Of a stretch of DNA of 64,000 nucleotides, positions 1 through 12,402 are shown in pieces. The notes beneath the pieces were generated by a model. That model made no database searches and had not been told where the DNA came from. It saw nothing but the letters and a program-made list of their open reading frames with translations. Within the stretch, counting starts at the first letter, position 1; every line of letters starts with the position of its first letter. Source of the DNA: Macrostomum lignano (taxonomy: Eukaryota); assembly GCA_002269645.1 (NCBI GenBank), contig NIVC01003966.1:3351-67350 (forward strand), read 5' to 3'. Both the position numbers and the translations under genes were made by a program.

Positions 1-533
1 TTTGACTGCAGAACAATAGAAAGTTCATAAATTTCTTTAGTTACCTTCAGAATGACTAAACATTCTATGTTGTTTAATGTTTATGTTACTTCAAAAAACT
101 GTGTATCACCATATATAATTGCTATGATGTTGCTGCAATTTTGCCAAGCAAGTTATCGCTAGTAAGGCAAACCAATGACGAGATCTTTGGTTATGTGGGT
201 AGGCCTAAACCTTATTGTCTTATGTAAAACAATGCCCAAAATATTAGAGTGAGATATATTGTTTAAATAGAAAAAGGCAAAATTGTTCGCATTTCTTTGA
301 AAATTGAACAAATATATATTTGAGCATTTGAACCTCAAAATGATTCATTTTTATTAAAAAAATATCTGTTATAATTTATTTAATAATGCATATTTTTGTT
401 AAGCTTTCTTTCTAAAAAACTTGTTTGTACTCTTTGCAGTCAAAATCAAATACTAAAAGATTTCATTGTTAAAGTCTGCTATCAGCCAGTCTCTATCAGA
501 CCACCCCAGAGGTCCCAAGTTCAATACACGGCT

Positions 534-3500
534 ATGAACTTGTGGAATTCTCACACATTCCTGTCGCAAGCTCTAGATGAGCAGCAGCAGCATTCAGCAT
601 CAGGGACAGCAGGTGCTGCTCAGGCTTATCACAGTGCATACCAGCATCAACAACCAGGCCAGGCTGCAGTCTATCCAGCTAGCAGCGAGGCGCAGGCAGT
701 TATTCAGCAGCCAGTTGAACCATCATTGAGCAGCTCCATCCATCAGCAGCAGGATGCAGAAGCCGCCTATCATTCCTTACTTGGCATGGCAGAGTCTTTC
801 CGTCTGGCTGGCAACATTCGGATGACGCTGCACTGCTTGCAGGCTGTGCTGCAGATCCGCCTGCCTGAACTCATCATTGCTAGGTAAGGCTTGATCAGTG
901 CTTAAGTGCAGGTGTAGCAGCGACACTGCACAACCTTCAGGCTATGGTAGTGACTGCTGTAAGCCTTCAGGGTATGGTAGTGACTGCTGTTAACCTTCAG
1001 GGTATGGTAGTGACTGCTGTAAGCCTTCATGGTATGGTAGTGACTGCTGTTAACCTTCAGGGTATGGTAGTGACTGCTGTAAGCCTTCAGGGTATGGTAG
1101 TGACTGCTGTTAACCTTCAGGGTATGGTAGTGACTGCTGTAAGCCTTCATGGTATGGTAGTGACTGCTGTTAACCTTCAGGGTATGGTAGTGACTGCTGT
1201 AAGCCTTCAGGGTATGGTAGTGACTGCTGTTAACCTTCAGGGTATGGTAGTGACTGCTGTAAGCCTTCAGGGTATGATAGTGACTGCTGTAAGCCTTCAG
1301 GGTATTTTAATGATTGCTGTTTACCTTCAGGGTATGGTTGTGACTGCTGTAGACCTTCAGGGTATGATAGTGACCTATGTAAGCCTTCAGGGTATGGTAG
1401 TGACCTATGTAAGCCTTCAGGGTATGGTAGTGACCTATGTAAGCCTTCAGGGTATGATAGTGACCTATTTAAGCCTTCAGGGTATGGTAGTGACCTATGT
1501 AAGCCTTCAGGGTATTTTAATGACTGCTGTTTACCTTCAGGGTATGGTAGTGACCTATGTAAGCCTTCAGGGTATTTTAATGACTGCTGTTTACCTTCAG
1601 GGTATGGTAGTGACCTATGTAAGCCTTCAGGGTATGCTAGTGACTGTTGTAAACCTTCAAGGTGTGGTAGTGACCTATGTAAGCCGTTAGACTATGGTAG
1701 TGACTGCTGTAAACCTTCGGTGTATTGGTAGTGACCGCTGTAGACCTTCAGGCTATGGTAGTGACCGCTGTAGACCTTCAGGCTATGGTAGTGACCGCAG
1801 TTGACCTTCAGGGTATGCTGTAATGATATAAATCTTCAGGGTATGGAAGTGACCGATGTTAATCTTCAGGCTATGGTACTGACCGCTTCAGGTTCACCTG
1901 GTAGGTTAGTAACTTCCAGGTCACAGGTCCAAATCAGTATAATTTTAAAAGTCAACTTTCTTTACTTTTTACTGCCAGTAGCATAATGAGCATATCCGAT
2001 AATTATTTTGTTTAGAACCAAGGTGCAGATCGGGCGGCTGCTGATGCAGCACACCACTCGGGCTGGCGCGGAGCGGGCCGCCGCAGCTGCCGCCGCTCAC
2101 CTGGAAGCGGCCTGGAGTCTGCGCGCCCTGGTGCAATCGCAGGATCCGGTGGTGTGCCTCGAGGCGGCTGACTTGCTTGTGGACTGCTGGTTGACTGCCG
2201 ATCCCATGGCTGTTGGGCTGGCCGGTCAGAGGGTCACTCCGCTGCTGGAGGAGGCCCTGGCAGCCAGTCACGGCCTGCCAGAGTGGTGAGTGCGGATTCT
2301 TTATGTAAAAATAATCCCCCATGAAATTTTAATTGTCCCCATTGTTTCCGATCTTCCCACTTTTTTCAATGTAATTTTAGAATTTAATAAATTTCAAGAA
2401 TAGCTTATAAAATTGTTAGTTGCTGAAAATTGCTCATAGGTTTCTAAGAATTTCTAAGAATCGCTTATATATATCCAATAATCGTTCATAGGTTTCCAGG
2501 AATCGAACAAAGATTTCCAAGAATCACACATAGATTTCTAATAATCGTTCATAGATTACCAATAATCGGTCATAGCTTTCCAAGAATCGCTCATTGATAT
2601 CTAAGAATCGCTCTTTGATATCCAAGAATCGCTCATTGATATCTAAGAATCGCTCATAGATTTCCAAGAATCGCTCATTGATATCCAAGAATCGCTCATG
2701 TTTCCAAGAATCGCTCATAGATTTCCAAGAATCGCTCATTGATATCCAAGAATCGCTCATAGGTTTCCAAGAATCGCTCATAGGCTTCCAAGAATCGGTC
2801 ATAGCTTTCCAAGAATCGCTCATTGATATCTAAGAATCGCTCTTTGATATCCAAGAATCGCTCATTGATATCTAAGAACCGCTCATTGATATCCAAGAAT
2901 CGCTCATTGATATCTAAGAATCGCTCATAGATTTCCAAGAATCGCTCATTGATATCCAAGAATCGCTCATGTTTCCAAGAATCGCTCATAGATTTCTAAG
3001 AATTGCTCATTGATATCCAAGAATCGCTCATGTTTCCAAGAATCGCTCATAGATTTCCAAGAATCGCTCATTGATATCCAAGAATCGCTCATGTTTCCAA
3101 GAATCGCTCATAGATTTCCAAGAATCGCTCACGCTCATTGATATTCAAGAATCGCTCATAGATTTCTAAGAATCGCTCATTGATATTCAAGAATCGCTCA
3201 TAGATTTCCAAGAATAGTTCACGGTCTTTTAAGAACCGCTCACGGATTTGCATGCATTGTTTATGGATTTTCTAAGAATTGCTCATAAATTCCCAATAAT
3301 GGTCATAGAAATGTCTAATAAATCGCATTCAATATCCTTTTCAGGCACTGCCGGTTCCTTCTGAAACTGGCGCAGCACCTCAGCCAGAGCGATCCGGGCC
3401 GAGCTTGCGAATTGCTGGCCCTGGGCTCTCAGTACGCCCAGCAGCACCGAAGCGAGTACACCAGAGGCCTGTTCTTGCTGGCCAAATGCCTACTGCTGCT

Positions 3501-6500
3501 GGCCACACGACAGCTGGCTGAGGTGCACAACAGTCTCACAGTTACATCCAAGGTTATCGAGGCCATGCAACAGGGCGGTCGGAAACAGGAGGCGCTTAAA
3601 ATATTTTCTCTTATTATTCAGGTGTGCTAACTGCGGGCTTTGGTGTTTGGATGTTTGAGATCTACGTTTCTTAGTTTCACTTAGGTTAGATATCCCATTC
3701 CCAGATTGGTTAGATATCCCATCATCAGTTTGGTTAGATATCCCTTTATCAGTTTTGTTAGATATCCATCATCAGTTTGGTTAGATATCCCATCATCAAA
3801 TTGGTTAGATATCCCTTCATCAGTTTGGTTAGATATCCCATCATCAGTTTGGTTAGATATCCCATCATCAAATTGGTTAGATATCCCATCATCAAATTGG
3901 TTAGATATCCCATCATCAAATTGGTTAGATATCCCATCATCAGATTGATTAGATATCCCATTCCCAGATTGGTTAGATATCCCATTCCCAGATTGGTTAG
4001 ATATTCCATTCCCAGATTGGTTAGATATCCCATCATCAGATTGGTTAGATATCCCATCATCAGATTGGTTAGATATCCCATCATCAAATTGGTTAGATGT
4101 CCCATCATCAAATTGGTTAGATATCCCATCATCAAATTGGTTAGATATCCCATCATCAGATTGGTTAGATATCCCATCATCAGATTGGTTAGATATCCCA
4201 TCATCAAATTGGTTAGATGTCCCATCATCAAATTGGTTAGATATCCCATCATCAAATTGGTTAGATATCCCATCATCAAATTGGTTAGATATCCCATCAT
4301 CAAATTGGTTAGATATCTCATCATCAAATTGGTTAGATGTCCCATCATCAAATTGGTTAGATATCCCATCATCAAATTGGTTAGATATCTCATCATCAAA
4401 TTGGTTAGATGTCCCATCATCAAATCGGTTAGATATCCCATCATCAGTTTGGTTAAATATCCCACGAGTGTTTTGACACTCGTAGTTTCACGATAAGCCG
4501 CATCTATTCCCAAATCCCAGGTGATGAACCACCTGGTCGCCGGTCAGGCCAAACAGGCCCGGCCAACACTCCGCCAGCTGCAGAAGGCCATCCAAGCATT
4601 CTCGGCTATGCAAGACGACCCGGCCCCGGCGCAGTCGGCTCACTCGCAGCAGCCCAATGCGGCATCCGACACGATGGACCAGTTCGAATGGCTGTCTAGA
4701 GAGCACATGTCCGTGCTGGTGTACCTGCTCACCCTGCTGCACAACATGCAGGAGGCCTATTATGATAAAGTGCAGCGCTACACTGAGAAGGCTTTGACTC
4801 AGGTCTGCTTGGGGTTCTGACTGACTCACTTGTTCACTGACTGACTGACTGACTGACTGACTGACTGACTGACTGACTGACTGACTCGCTCAGTGACTCA
4901 CTCTGACTCACAAACTCTGACTAGTGGACTCAGTTAAAAATCTTCCTCATCAAATTCAGGTGGAGAAGCTCAAAGCCATTGAGGATAATTCTCCCCTACT
5001 CACGGTGCTGCACCTGTGCATTCTGGAGCAAAGCTTCCAGTGCCACCTGGTGTCCGGGAATCGAGTCGCCGCTCTTGAACAAGCTGCCATCAGTCTAAGG
5101 ATCTGCTCATCCAACAGTTCGCTGTTCCAGCGCAGGGGTCCCCACTGCCATGCAATGCTCGGCCTGTACGCCATGACCACCAACTGCTTGGGCGCGGCCG
5201 AGAGTCAGTTCCGCCGAGCTCTCTGCCTGTCACCTCGGCCAGACCTGCACCAGTTTGTCTGTCTCAACATGGGCCTGGTCATGCTCAGGCAGAACCGGCT
5301 GGCAGATTGTAAGAAAGTCCTGACCGACAGCAGTCAGCAATTGGCGGCTGGACCAGCCCGGCCTACTGGGCACTGCCTGCGTGTTGCCGGCGACTGGGTT
5401 GACGGCCTGTTGGCAATGATGCTGGGCGACTTCACCAGGGCCAAGTGAGTGCTGGATAGACCATGTGTTGTTGTCTAGGAATGTCTGCCCGCCTCTTATT
5501 TGTGTCTTGGTGTGGTGTCTTCCCGCCTCAGCATTTGTGTCTTTCCAGGGTGTCTGCCTGCCTCCTTATCTGTGTCTTTGCGGGTGTCTGCCCGCCTCAG
5601 CATTTGTGTCTTTGCGGGGTGTCTGCCTGCCTCAGCATTTGTGTCTTTGCGGGGTGTCTGCCCGCCTCAGCATTTGTGTCTTTGCGGGATGTCTGCCCGC
5701 CTCAGCATTTGTGTCTTTGCGGGGTGTCTGCCCGCCTCAGCATTTGTGTCTTTGCGGGGTGTCTGCCCGCCTCAGCATTTGTGTCTTTGCGGGTGTCTGC
5801 CCGCCTCAGCATTTGTGTCTTTGCGGGTGTCTGCCCGCCTCAGCATTTGTGTCTTTGCGGGGTGTCTGCCCGCCTCAGCATTTGTGTCTTGGTGTGGTGT
5901 CTGCCCGCCTCAGCATTTGTGTCTTTCCAGGGTGTCTGCCTGCCTCCTTATCTGTGTCTTTGCGGGTGTCTGCCCGCCTCAGCATTTGTGTCTTTGCGGG
6001 GTGTCTGCCCGCCTCAGCATTTGTGTCTTGGTGTGGTGTCTGCCCGCCTCAGCATTTGTGTCTCTCCAGGGTGTCTGCCTGCCTCCTTATCTGTGTCTTT
6101 GCGGGTGTCTGCCCGCCTCAGCATTTGTGTCTTTGCGGGGTGTCTGCCCGCCTCAACATTTGTGTCTTTGCGGGTGTCTGCCCGCCTCAGCATTTGTGTC
6201 TTTGCGGGTGTCTGCCCGCCTCAGCATTTGTGTCTTTGCGGGGTGTCTGCCCGCCTCAGCATTTGTGTCTTGGTGTGGTGTCTGCCCGCCTCAGCATTTG
6301 TGTCTTTCCAGGGTGTCTGCCTGCCTCCTTATCTGTGTCTTTGCGGGTGTCTGCCCGCCTCAGCATTTGTGTCTTTGCGGGGTGTCTGCCCGCCTCAACA
6401 TTTGTGTCTTTGCGGGGTGTCTGCCCGCCTCAGCATTTGTGTCTTTGCGGGTGTCTGCCCGCCTCAACATTTGTGTCTATGAGGGGTACCTGTCTGTCTC

Positions 6501-8225
6501 CTTATTTGTGTCTTGATGGGGTGTCTGCCCGAATTCGAAGACTATTTCAGCACCAATAAAATCCAATTGACCCCCCCCTGTCCTCCCCACACCGTGTCCA
6601 GGCTGTGCATCAAGGAGAGCCTGAAGCTGGCCAACTCTGAGAACCTCCGCCGCCTGCTCACCCTGTCGCTCATTGTGCTCGGGCAAGCTCACTTCGCCAC
6701 CGCTCAGTACGAGGAGGTGAAGAAAGTTGTTGACGCGGCAGTTCAATTGGCTGAGCAAATTCCAGATGAGGCGGTGCAGCTGTGGGCCAGCACTCTCATG
6801 CGCGACTTGCACAGGGCCGAAGGCAGTCCTCAGCTGGAGACGGCCTGCGCCCAGCGTCACTCGGCTTTGCTGACGGCCTATCAGACTAGCATTGATCAGG
6901 CTGTTAGCGCTCCTGAGCATCAGCTTATCTATGTGAGTTTTCAGACCTTGACTTCTTGCATTAGTTGTCCGTTTGAGGGGCCACTCTATGAGTTATTCGG
7001 TGTTTTGAGGCGCCATTCCATGAGTTATTGGGTGTTTTGAGGCGCCATTCCACGAGTTATTGGGTGTTTTGAGGCGCCATTCCATGAGTTATTGGGTGTT
7101 TTGAGGCGCCATTCCACGAGTTATTGGGTGTTTTGAGGCGCCATTCCACGAGTTATTGGGTGTTTTGAGGCGCCATTCCATGAGTTATTGGGTGTTTTGA
7201 GGCGCTATTCCATGAGTTATTGGGTGTTTTGAGGCGCCATTCCATGAGTTATTGGGTGTTTTGAGGCGCCATTCCACGAGTTATTGGGTGTTTTGAGGCG
7301 CTATTCCATGAGTTATTGGGTGTTTTGAGGCGCCATTCCATGAGTTATTGGGTGTTTTGAGGCGCTATTCCATGAGTTATTGGGTGTTTTGAGGCGCCAT
7401 TCCATGAGTTATTGGGTGTTTTGAGGCGCCATTCCATGAGTTATTTGGTGTTTTGAGGCGCCATTCCATGAGTTATTGGGTGTTTTGAGGCGCTATTCCA
7501 TGAGTTATTGGGTGTTTTGAGGCGCCACTCGATAAGTTATTGGGTGTTTTGAGGCGCCACTCGATAAGTTATCGGGTGTTTTGAGGCGCCACTCGATGAG
7601 TTATTGGGTGTTTTGAGGCGCCACTCGATGAGTTATTGGGTGTTTTGATGCGCCATTCCATGAGTTATTGGATGTTTTGAGGCACTACTCCATGAGTTAT
7701 TGGATGTTTTGAGGCGCCATTCCATGAGTTATTGGGTGTTTTGAGGCACTACTCCATGAGTTATTGGATGTTTTGAGGCACTACTCCATGAGTTATTGGA
7801 TGTTTTGAGGCACCACTCCATGAGTCATCAGTTTATTATCAGCTGTCCCGGTTTTTAAATGTAAACCAATCAAATTCGATAGATATAAAAATCAATAATC
7901 CTATAAACCCTTTTCTCACTCCCAGTGGCTGGAGGGTGCACCGCCGGACATGGGCAGCGGCAGCCAGCTTCCAGCGGTGCCCCCAATCACCAGCGGCCAA
8001 TCCGCTGTGCTCCAGCCTCCGCTTCATCAAAGCTATCAGCAGCAGCATTTCCCCCAGGTCTCCGCTCCGCCAATGCCTTCACAAGCAGCCGCGCCCCCGG
8101 CCAGCATGATGGCATCGAGCAGTCAGTACCAGGCCTATTATTCTGCCTACCAGCCGCAGCTGTCCACGCAGCAGACTGTGCTGCCGCACCCGCCGCAGTC
8201 AGCCGCGCACGATTATTCAGTCTGA
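534..8225 (+). CDS. MAU2: MAU2/SCC4 cohesin-loading factor homolog, 7 exons
   Basis: Exons 534-883, 2016-2285, 3345-3621, 4521-4802, 4960-5444, 6602-6932, 7926-8225; all GT-AG with matching phases. Peptides AYHSLLGMAESFR..LHCLQAV, WHCRFLLKLAQ..ACELLALGSQYA, FEWLSREHMSVLVYLLT, CIKESLKLANSENLRRL, VQLWAS, HQLIYWLEG match my recollection of MAU2. The start ATG at 534 is inferred. Confidence 0.93.
933..1880. repeat. 30-bp minisatellite in MAU2 intron 1
   Basis: Unit AAGCCTTCAGGGTATGGTAGTGACTGCTGT, about 30 copies, more degenerate toward the 3' end; source of ORFs 944..1690 and 902..1150. Confidence 0.95.
2445..3230. repeat. 21-bp minisatellite in MAU2 intron 2
   Basis: Unit CCAAGAATCGCTCATTGATAT and variants. 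Confidence 0.95.
3683..4462. repeat. 24-bp minisatellite in MAU2 intron 3
   Basis: Unit TTGGTTAGATATCCCATCATCAAA, about 32 copies. Confidence 0.95.
4818..4921. repeat. (CTGA)n microsatellite in MAU2 intron 4
   Basis: Direct run of CTGA. Confidence 0.95.
5478..6530. repeat. 34-35-bp minisatellite with higher-order structure in MAU2 intron 5
   Basis: Unit GTGTCTGCCCGCCTCAGCATTTGTGTCTTTGCGG(G) with recurring variant units (..TGGTGTG.., ..CCTGCCTCCTTATC..); stop-free in three frames, giving three overlapping spurious ORFs. Confidence 0.95.
6985..7826. repeat. 32-bp minisatellite in MAU2 intron 6
   Basis: Unit GAGTTATTGGGTGTTTTGAGGCGCCATTCCAT. Confidence 0.95.
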
Positions 8226-8399
8226 CGCAGGCTTGCTGCCGACTTGCCTCGCGACGGAGTTTTTTTTAAATTAGTCCAAAAAGATATATTGCAACTCTGA
8301 TTCTCAGAAGCCTGCCATTCTCCCCATACCCTACGAGATGCCCTAGGGTTAAGCCTTCTTAGAACTTTGGATTAACTCTCTAATCCTAATATTAACTAT

Positions 8400-8760
8400 T
8401 TTTGATATTTGGATTAACTCTCACTAATCATTGGATTAGCTCTCACTAATCCTTAGATTAGCTCTCACTGATCCTTGGATTAGCTCTCACTAATCATTGG
8501 ATTAGCTATCACTAATCATTGGATTAGCTCTCACTAATCCTTGGATTAGCTCTCACTGATCCTTGGATTAACTCTCACTAATCATTGGATTAGCTCTCAC
8601 TAATCCTTGGATTAGCTCTCACTGATCCTTGGATTAACTCTCACTAATCATTGGATTAGCTCTCACTAATCCTTGGATTAGCTCTCACTGATCCTTGGAT
8701 TAACTCTCACTAATCCTTGGATTAGCTCCTACGAACCCTTGGATTATCTATCACTGATAT
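8400..8760. repeat. 22-bp minisatellite downstream of the MAU2 stop
   Basis: Unit TTGGATTAGCTCTCACTAATCC. Confidence 0.9.
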
Positions 8761-9312
8761 CCTTTCAGATCTCCTGAGAGTCTGGAACTAACTTTCATTG
8801 ACCTCAGATTCACCTTTCCAGGCTCTTGGAATAATTTCAGGTCCCCACTTTAAAAGTTTCTTAAAAATTGGCTAATCCAACTCTGAAAAACTTGGCTTAA
8901 ATCCACATAGAGACTGCAGTATTTTCAACTTGTAAATATCCACCTTGGCCACAACAAGTTCCACACTTTGAAAGATGCATCATATATTACTCGCTACTTC
9001 AAGTAGTCATCCGCTGTTTATTGTACAAGCGTCATTTTTTGATTAAAAATAACTATATACATGGTAAATTTACTTCTGCCAGTGCCTTCTTGTAATTTTT
9101 TGTAAATATGCTCTGCGATTTCCAAATAACCTACCTGTAATTCGGTACAGGTGTATTTACCTAGGCATATACCGCGTTTGAATTAATTTGTTTATCACCA
9201 ATTTTTCTATGCATATTAATTTTATTATAATGCGTAAGCTGATAATAATGTACTTCTAGCGAGCACCATTTTTATTATTGCGACTAGTTGTTTAACTTGA
9301 CATGTACATATA

Positions 9313-9681
9313 CGAGGGGTGTCCAAAAAGTAGTGATACTTTTAACCATAACTCTCGCTCTATAGCTTCCTGTGATTTAAAATTTTACGAACTGATAGCA
9401 GAAAATCTCTTCTACAGACTGCCTTTTGAATTTTTAAAATTGATACCAGATAACAAAAGTTATACCCACGAAAGTAACAGTACCTGTACCACAGAGTTAC
9501 ACAAATTATAGGCTGAGCTTCACGAGATCCATGCCGAGTAAGCTTCGATGAATTGTTGATTTCGGCTTGTCCAACCTGTCAGCAAAGACATTTATCGATG
9601 CCTTCTTAATGAATGAGTGCAGAAGTCGACTATTATAAATTTCGATATAGTTTGTGTACGAGCCTTTTTGGACACCCCTCG
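9313..9681. mobile_element. Tc1/mariner-type MITE (369 bp)
   Basis: Perfect 18-bp TIR CGAGGGGTGTCCAAAAAG / CTTTTTGGACACCCCTCG with TA on both sides (9311-9312, 9682-9683); no transposase. Confidence 0.9.
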
Positions 9682-10069
9682 TAACTATTGTTCTACTCCG
9701 TGTGCTGCATAAAAAGCGTTTAGTTGCAGGCATTAAAACAGAATTAATTTTTGGCATTCTTGAATTGCTGGGCTGCTGAGAGGCTGATGCTGAAAAATAA
9801 AATAATTAAATATATGTGCATCATATGTGTAAGCCATTGTGCGTCTCCTGGGATAAATTACAAGCAAGTTTAGCACACTCTTCTGTGTTTTATTCATCAA
9901 CTTGCTAAATGTTAAGGCTTCATTTTATGTTGCAGATTAAAAGTTATTATGTGCTAATAGGAATATAAATAGAAATGATGCTTACTTGGCTTCTCACCTT
10001 TTTTTAAATGGCTCCTGTAATTTTTCTTTCTATATGTAAATATTCATAATTGTCACCCAAGATCTTTAG

Positions 10070-10730
10070 CTGCTGGGCCAGCCTCCCAGATCCTTAGTTG
10101 CTGGGCCAGCCTCCCAGATCCTCAGTTGCTGGGCCAGCCTCCCAGATCCTTAGTTGCTGGGCCAGCCTTCCAGATCCTTAGTTTCTAGGCCAGCCTCCCA
10201 GATCCTTAGTTTCTGGGCCAGCCTCCCAGATCCTCAGTTTCTGGGCCAGCCTCCCAGATCCTCAGTTTCTGGGCCAGCCTCCCAGATCCTTAGTTTCTAG
10301 GCCAGCCTCCCAGATCCTTAGTTTCTGGGCCAGCCTCCCAGATCCTCAGTTTCTGGGCCAGCCTCCCAGATCCTCAGTTTCTGGGCCAGCCTCCCAGATC
10401 CTTAGTTGCTGGGCCAGCCTCCCAGATCCTTAGTTGTTGAGCCAGCCTCCCAGATCCTTAGTTGCTGGGCCAGCCTCCCAGATCCTTAGTTGCTGAGCCA
10501 GCCTCCTAAAGTGTCAGTTGCTGGGCCAGCCTCCTAAAGTGTCAGTTGCTGGGCTAGCCTCCTAAAGTGTCAGTTGCTGGGCTAGCCTCCTAAAGTGTCA
10601 GTTGCTGGGCCAGCCTCCTAAAGTGTCAGTTGCTGGGCCAGCCTCCTAAAGTGTCAGTTGCTGGGCTAGCCTCCTAAAGTGTCAGTTGCTGGGCCAGCCT
10701 CCTAAAGTGTCAGTTGCTGGGCCAGCCTCT
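10070..10730. repeat. 28-bp minisatellite with two sub-arrays
   Basis: GCTGGGCCAGCCTCCCAGATCCTTAGTT switches to GCTGGGCCAGCCTCCTAAAGTGTCAGTT near 10500. Confidence 0.92.
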
Positions 10731-11449
10731 GATCTCAGTTCGAATCGAACGAATAGATAATACGCACACAGGCACAGGTGACAGATCAAAGGCTGATTCA
10801 CAGATCAAAGGGAGTCCCAGCTCGAACTCTCACTTGAATGTCTGCTAAAAGCAATCAGTGAAAGCCTTGCGAGCGAGCTAAAGAAGACAGACAGTGCAAC
10901 CCTTTCAAAGGGTGAATTGCGCTAAAACTGACTGCAAAGCAGCAGCAAAAGCGTTGCTAATGGAGGAAGGCGGCTTAGTGAGGCTGTTCTTGAGCCATTC
11001 ACGGCCTCAAAAAAGCTGTAAAAAGGCTTTGCCGTAAAGCCCGAAAGCAGGTGTCGCTTCGATCGGCATTGTCAGAGAAATCTCTGCAATTTACAATAGC
11101 GCCATGCATAAAAGCGTCATGCATCCGCTCCGCAACAATTCACCCAGAAACTGTTGACTATTGTCTCTGAAAGCTGAAGACAAAAGCAACAAATTCAAAG
11201 CAGTTGTTGCTCACTAAACGCCTCAGCAGTCAGTCAATAGAAATCGGAAGACTCAGTGTCAGCTCATGCCGCATTGAAAGCCGGTCGATGTGCTGTATAA
11301 ATACATGTACAAAAATGCAACAGGAAGCCACGCTCTGAAAAACCTTGAGTTGAGTAATCATACTCATACAGTCCGGTGACTGGCAAGTCCGTTTTTTCAG
11401 AAAGATAGCTTACGGGAATTATTCGAAAAACTCTCTGCGATCCGAGAAG

Positions 11450-12402
11450 ATGATGGTTCCGTCTGCAGGACTTCTGCTGTGCGTGGCTGCCTGCTGTTTT
11501 CTGCCACTGCTGACCGTCTCTGCCGGGTGCCGATCGAAGTGGAAGCATCTCCGAGGCGACATCACCGAGTACAAGCTGATCACTGTGCTCAAGGTTCCAA
11601 AGATTACCGACTGTCTGATGAAATCGTCAGCGGCCGAGGCTCACGCGGCCTCCTTCGACGCTGAGTCGGGCGACTGCGCCCTGATGCAGTGCGCCCGGGG
11701 CGGCAGGGACGCCTGCAGGAAGTGTCGACACGAGAAGGACGCGAGTCTGCCGATGCTCTGGGTAGGTGATGCTTTTTCCATTTAGCATGATAACTGATAT
11801 AGTTACTGAGCCAAACAGTGGATTTTAATCGACGTTTCTGGTTTGTACTTCAGATCAAGGATCCACCGAAGACTTGCTGGAAGACGTTCCAGCACAGAGT
11901 CGACGGTTCCGTCAGCTTCAACCGGAACTGGTCGGAGTACGCGAGCGGATTCGGTCAGGACGAGAGTCTCAACTACTGGATGGGACTGGAGCAGCTCCAC
12001 CAGCTCACCGCCACTGGAGTGTGGAGAGTCCGGTGGGAGTTCAGCGACTGGAATGACAACTGGTACTGGGCTGAGAATGCTCCGTTTTCTGTAGGGCCAG
12101 CGGCTGACAAATACAGGTGCTCGATGGGACCGCTGGACGCGAAGAGGTCAAGTGTGGGTCAGTTGACCACCGCAGCCTATTCCCCGAATGGCAAAACGTT
12201 CACCACTGACGGCCTCTGCGCTGAAGAAAGGTCAGCTGGTTGGTGGTTCGGGTACTGCGCCTTCATGAACCCCAACGGTATCTACCGGGTTCCTCCTGAG
12301 GCCTATAGCGCGAGTTTCGCGCTGAGCTACATTTTAAACGGAGGTGTTTTGTCCGGTTCGTATTCCCTGAAGACATTCGAGTGTCTCATTTATAACGAAT
12401 AA
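11450..12402 (+). CDS. Secreted fibrinogen-related protein (signal peptide, PAN/apple-like Cys domain, fibrinogen C-terminal domain), 2 exons, about 286 aa
   Basis: Exons 11450-11761 and 11854-12402. Hydrophobic N-terminus; WKTFQHRVDGSVSFNRNWSEYASGFG, NYWMGLEQLHQLT, GWWFGYC..NPNG are FReD hallmarks. The PAN assignment rests on Cys spacing only. Confidence 0.88.

Noticed and set aside
902-6559. Long repetitive ORFs in MAU2 introns (248, 251, 239, 339-364 aa)
   Set aside because: They are translations of stop-free minisatellites lying between MAU2 exons with valid splice sites; most lack a plausible ATG context.
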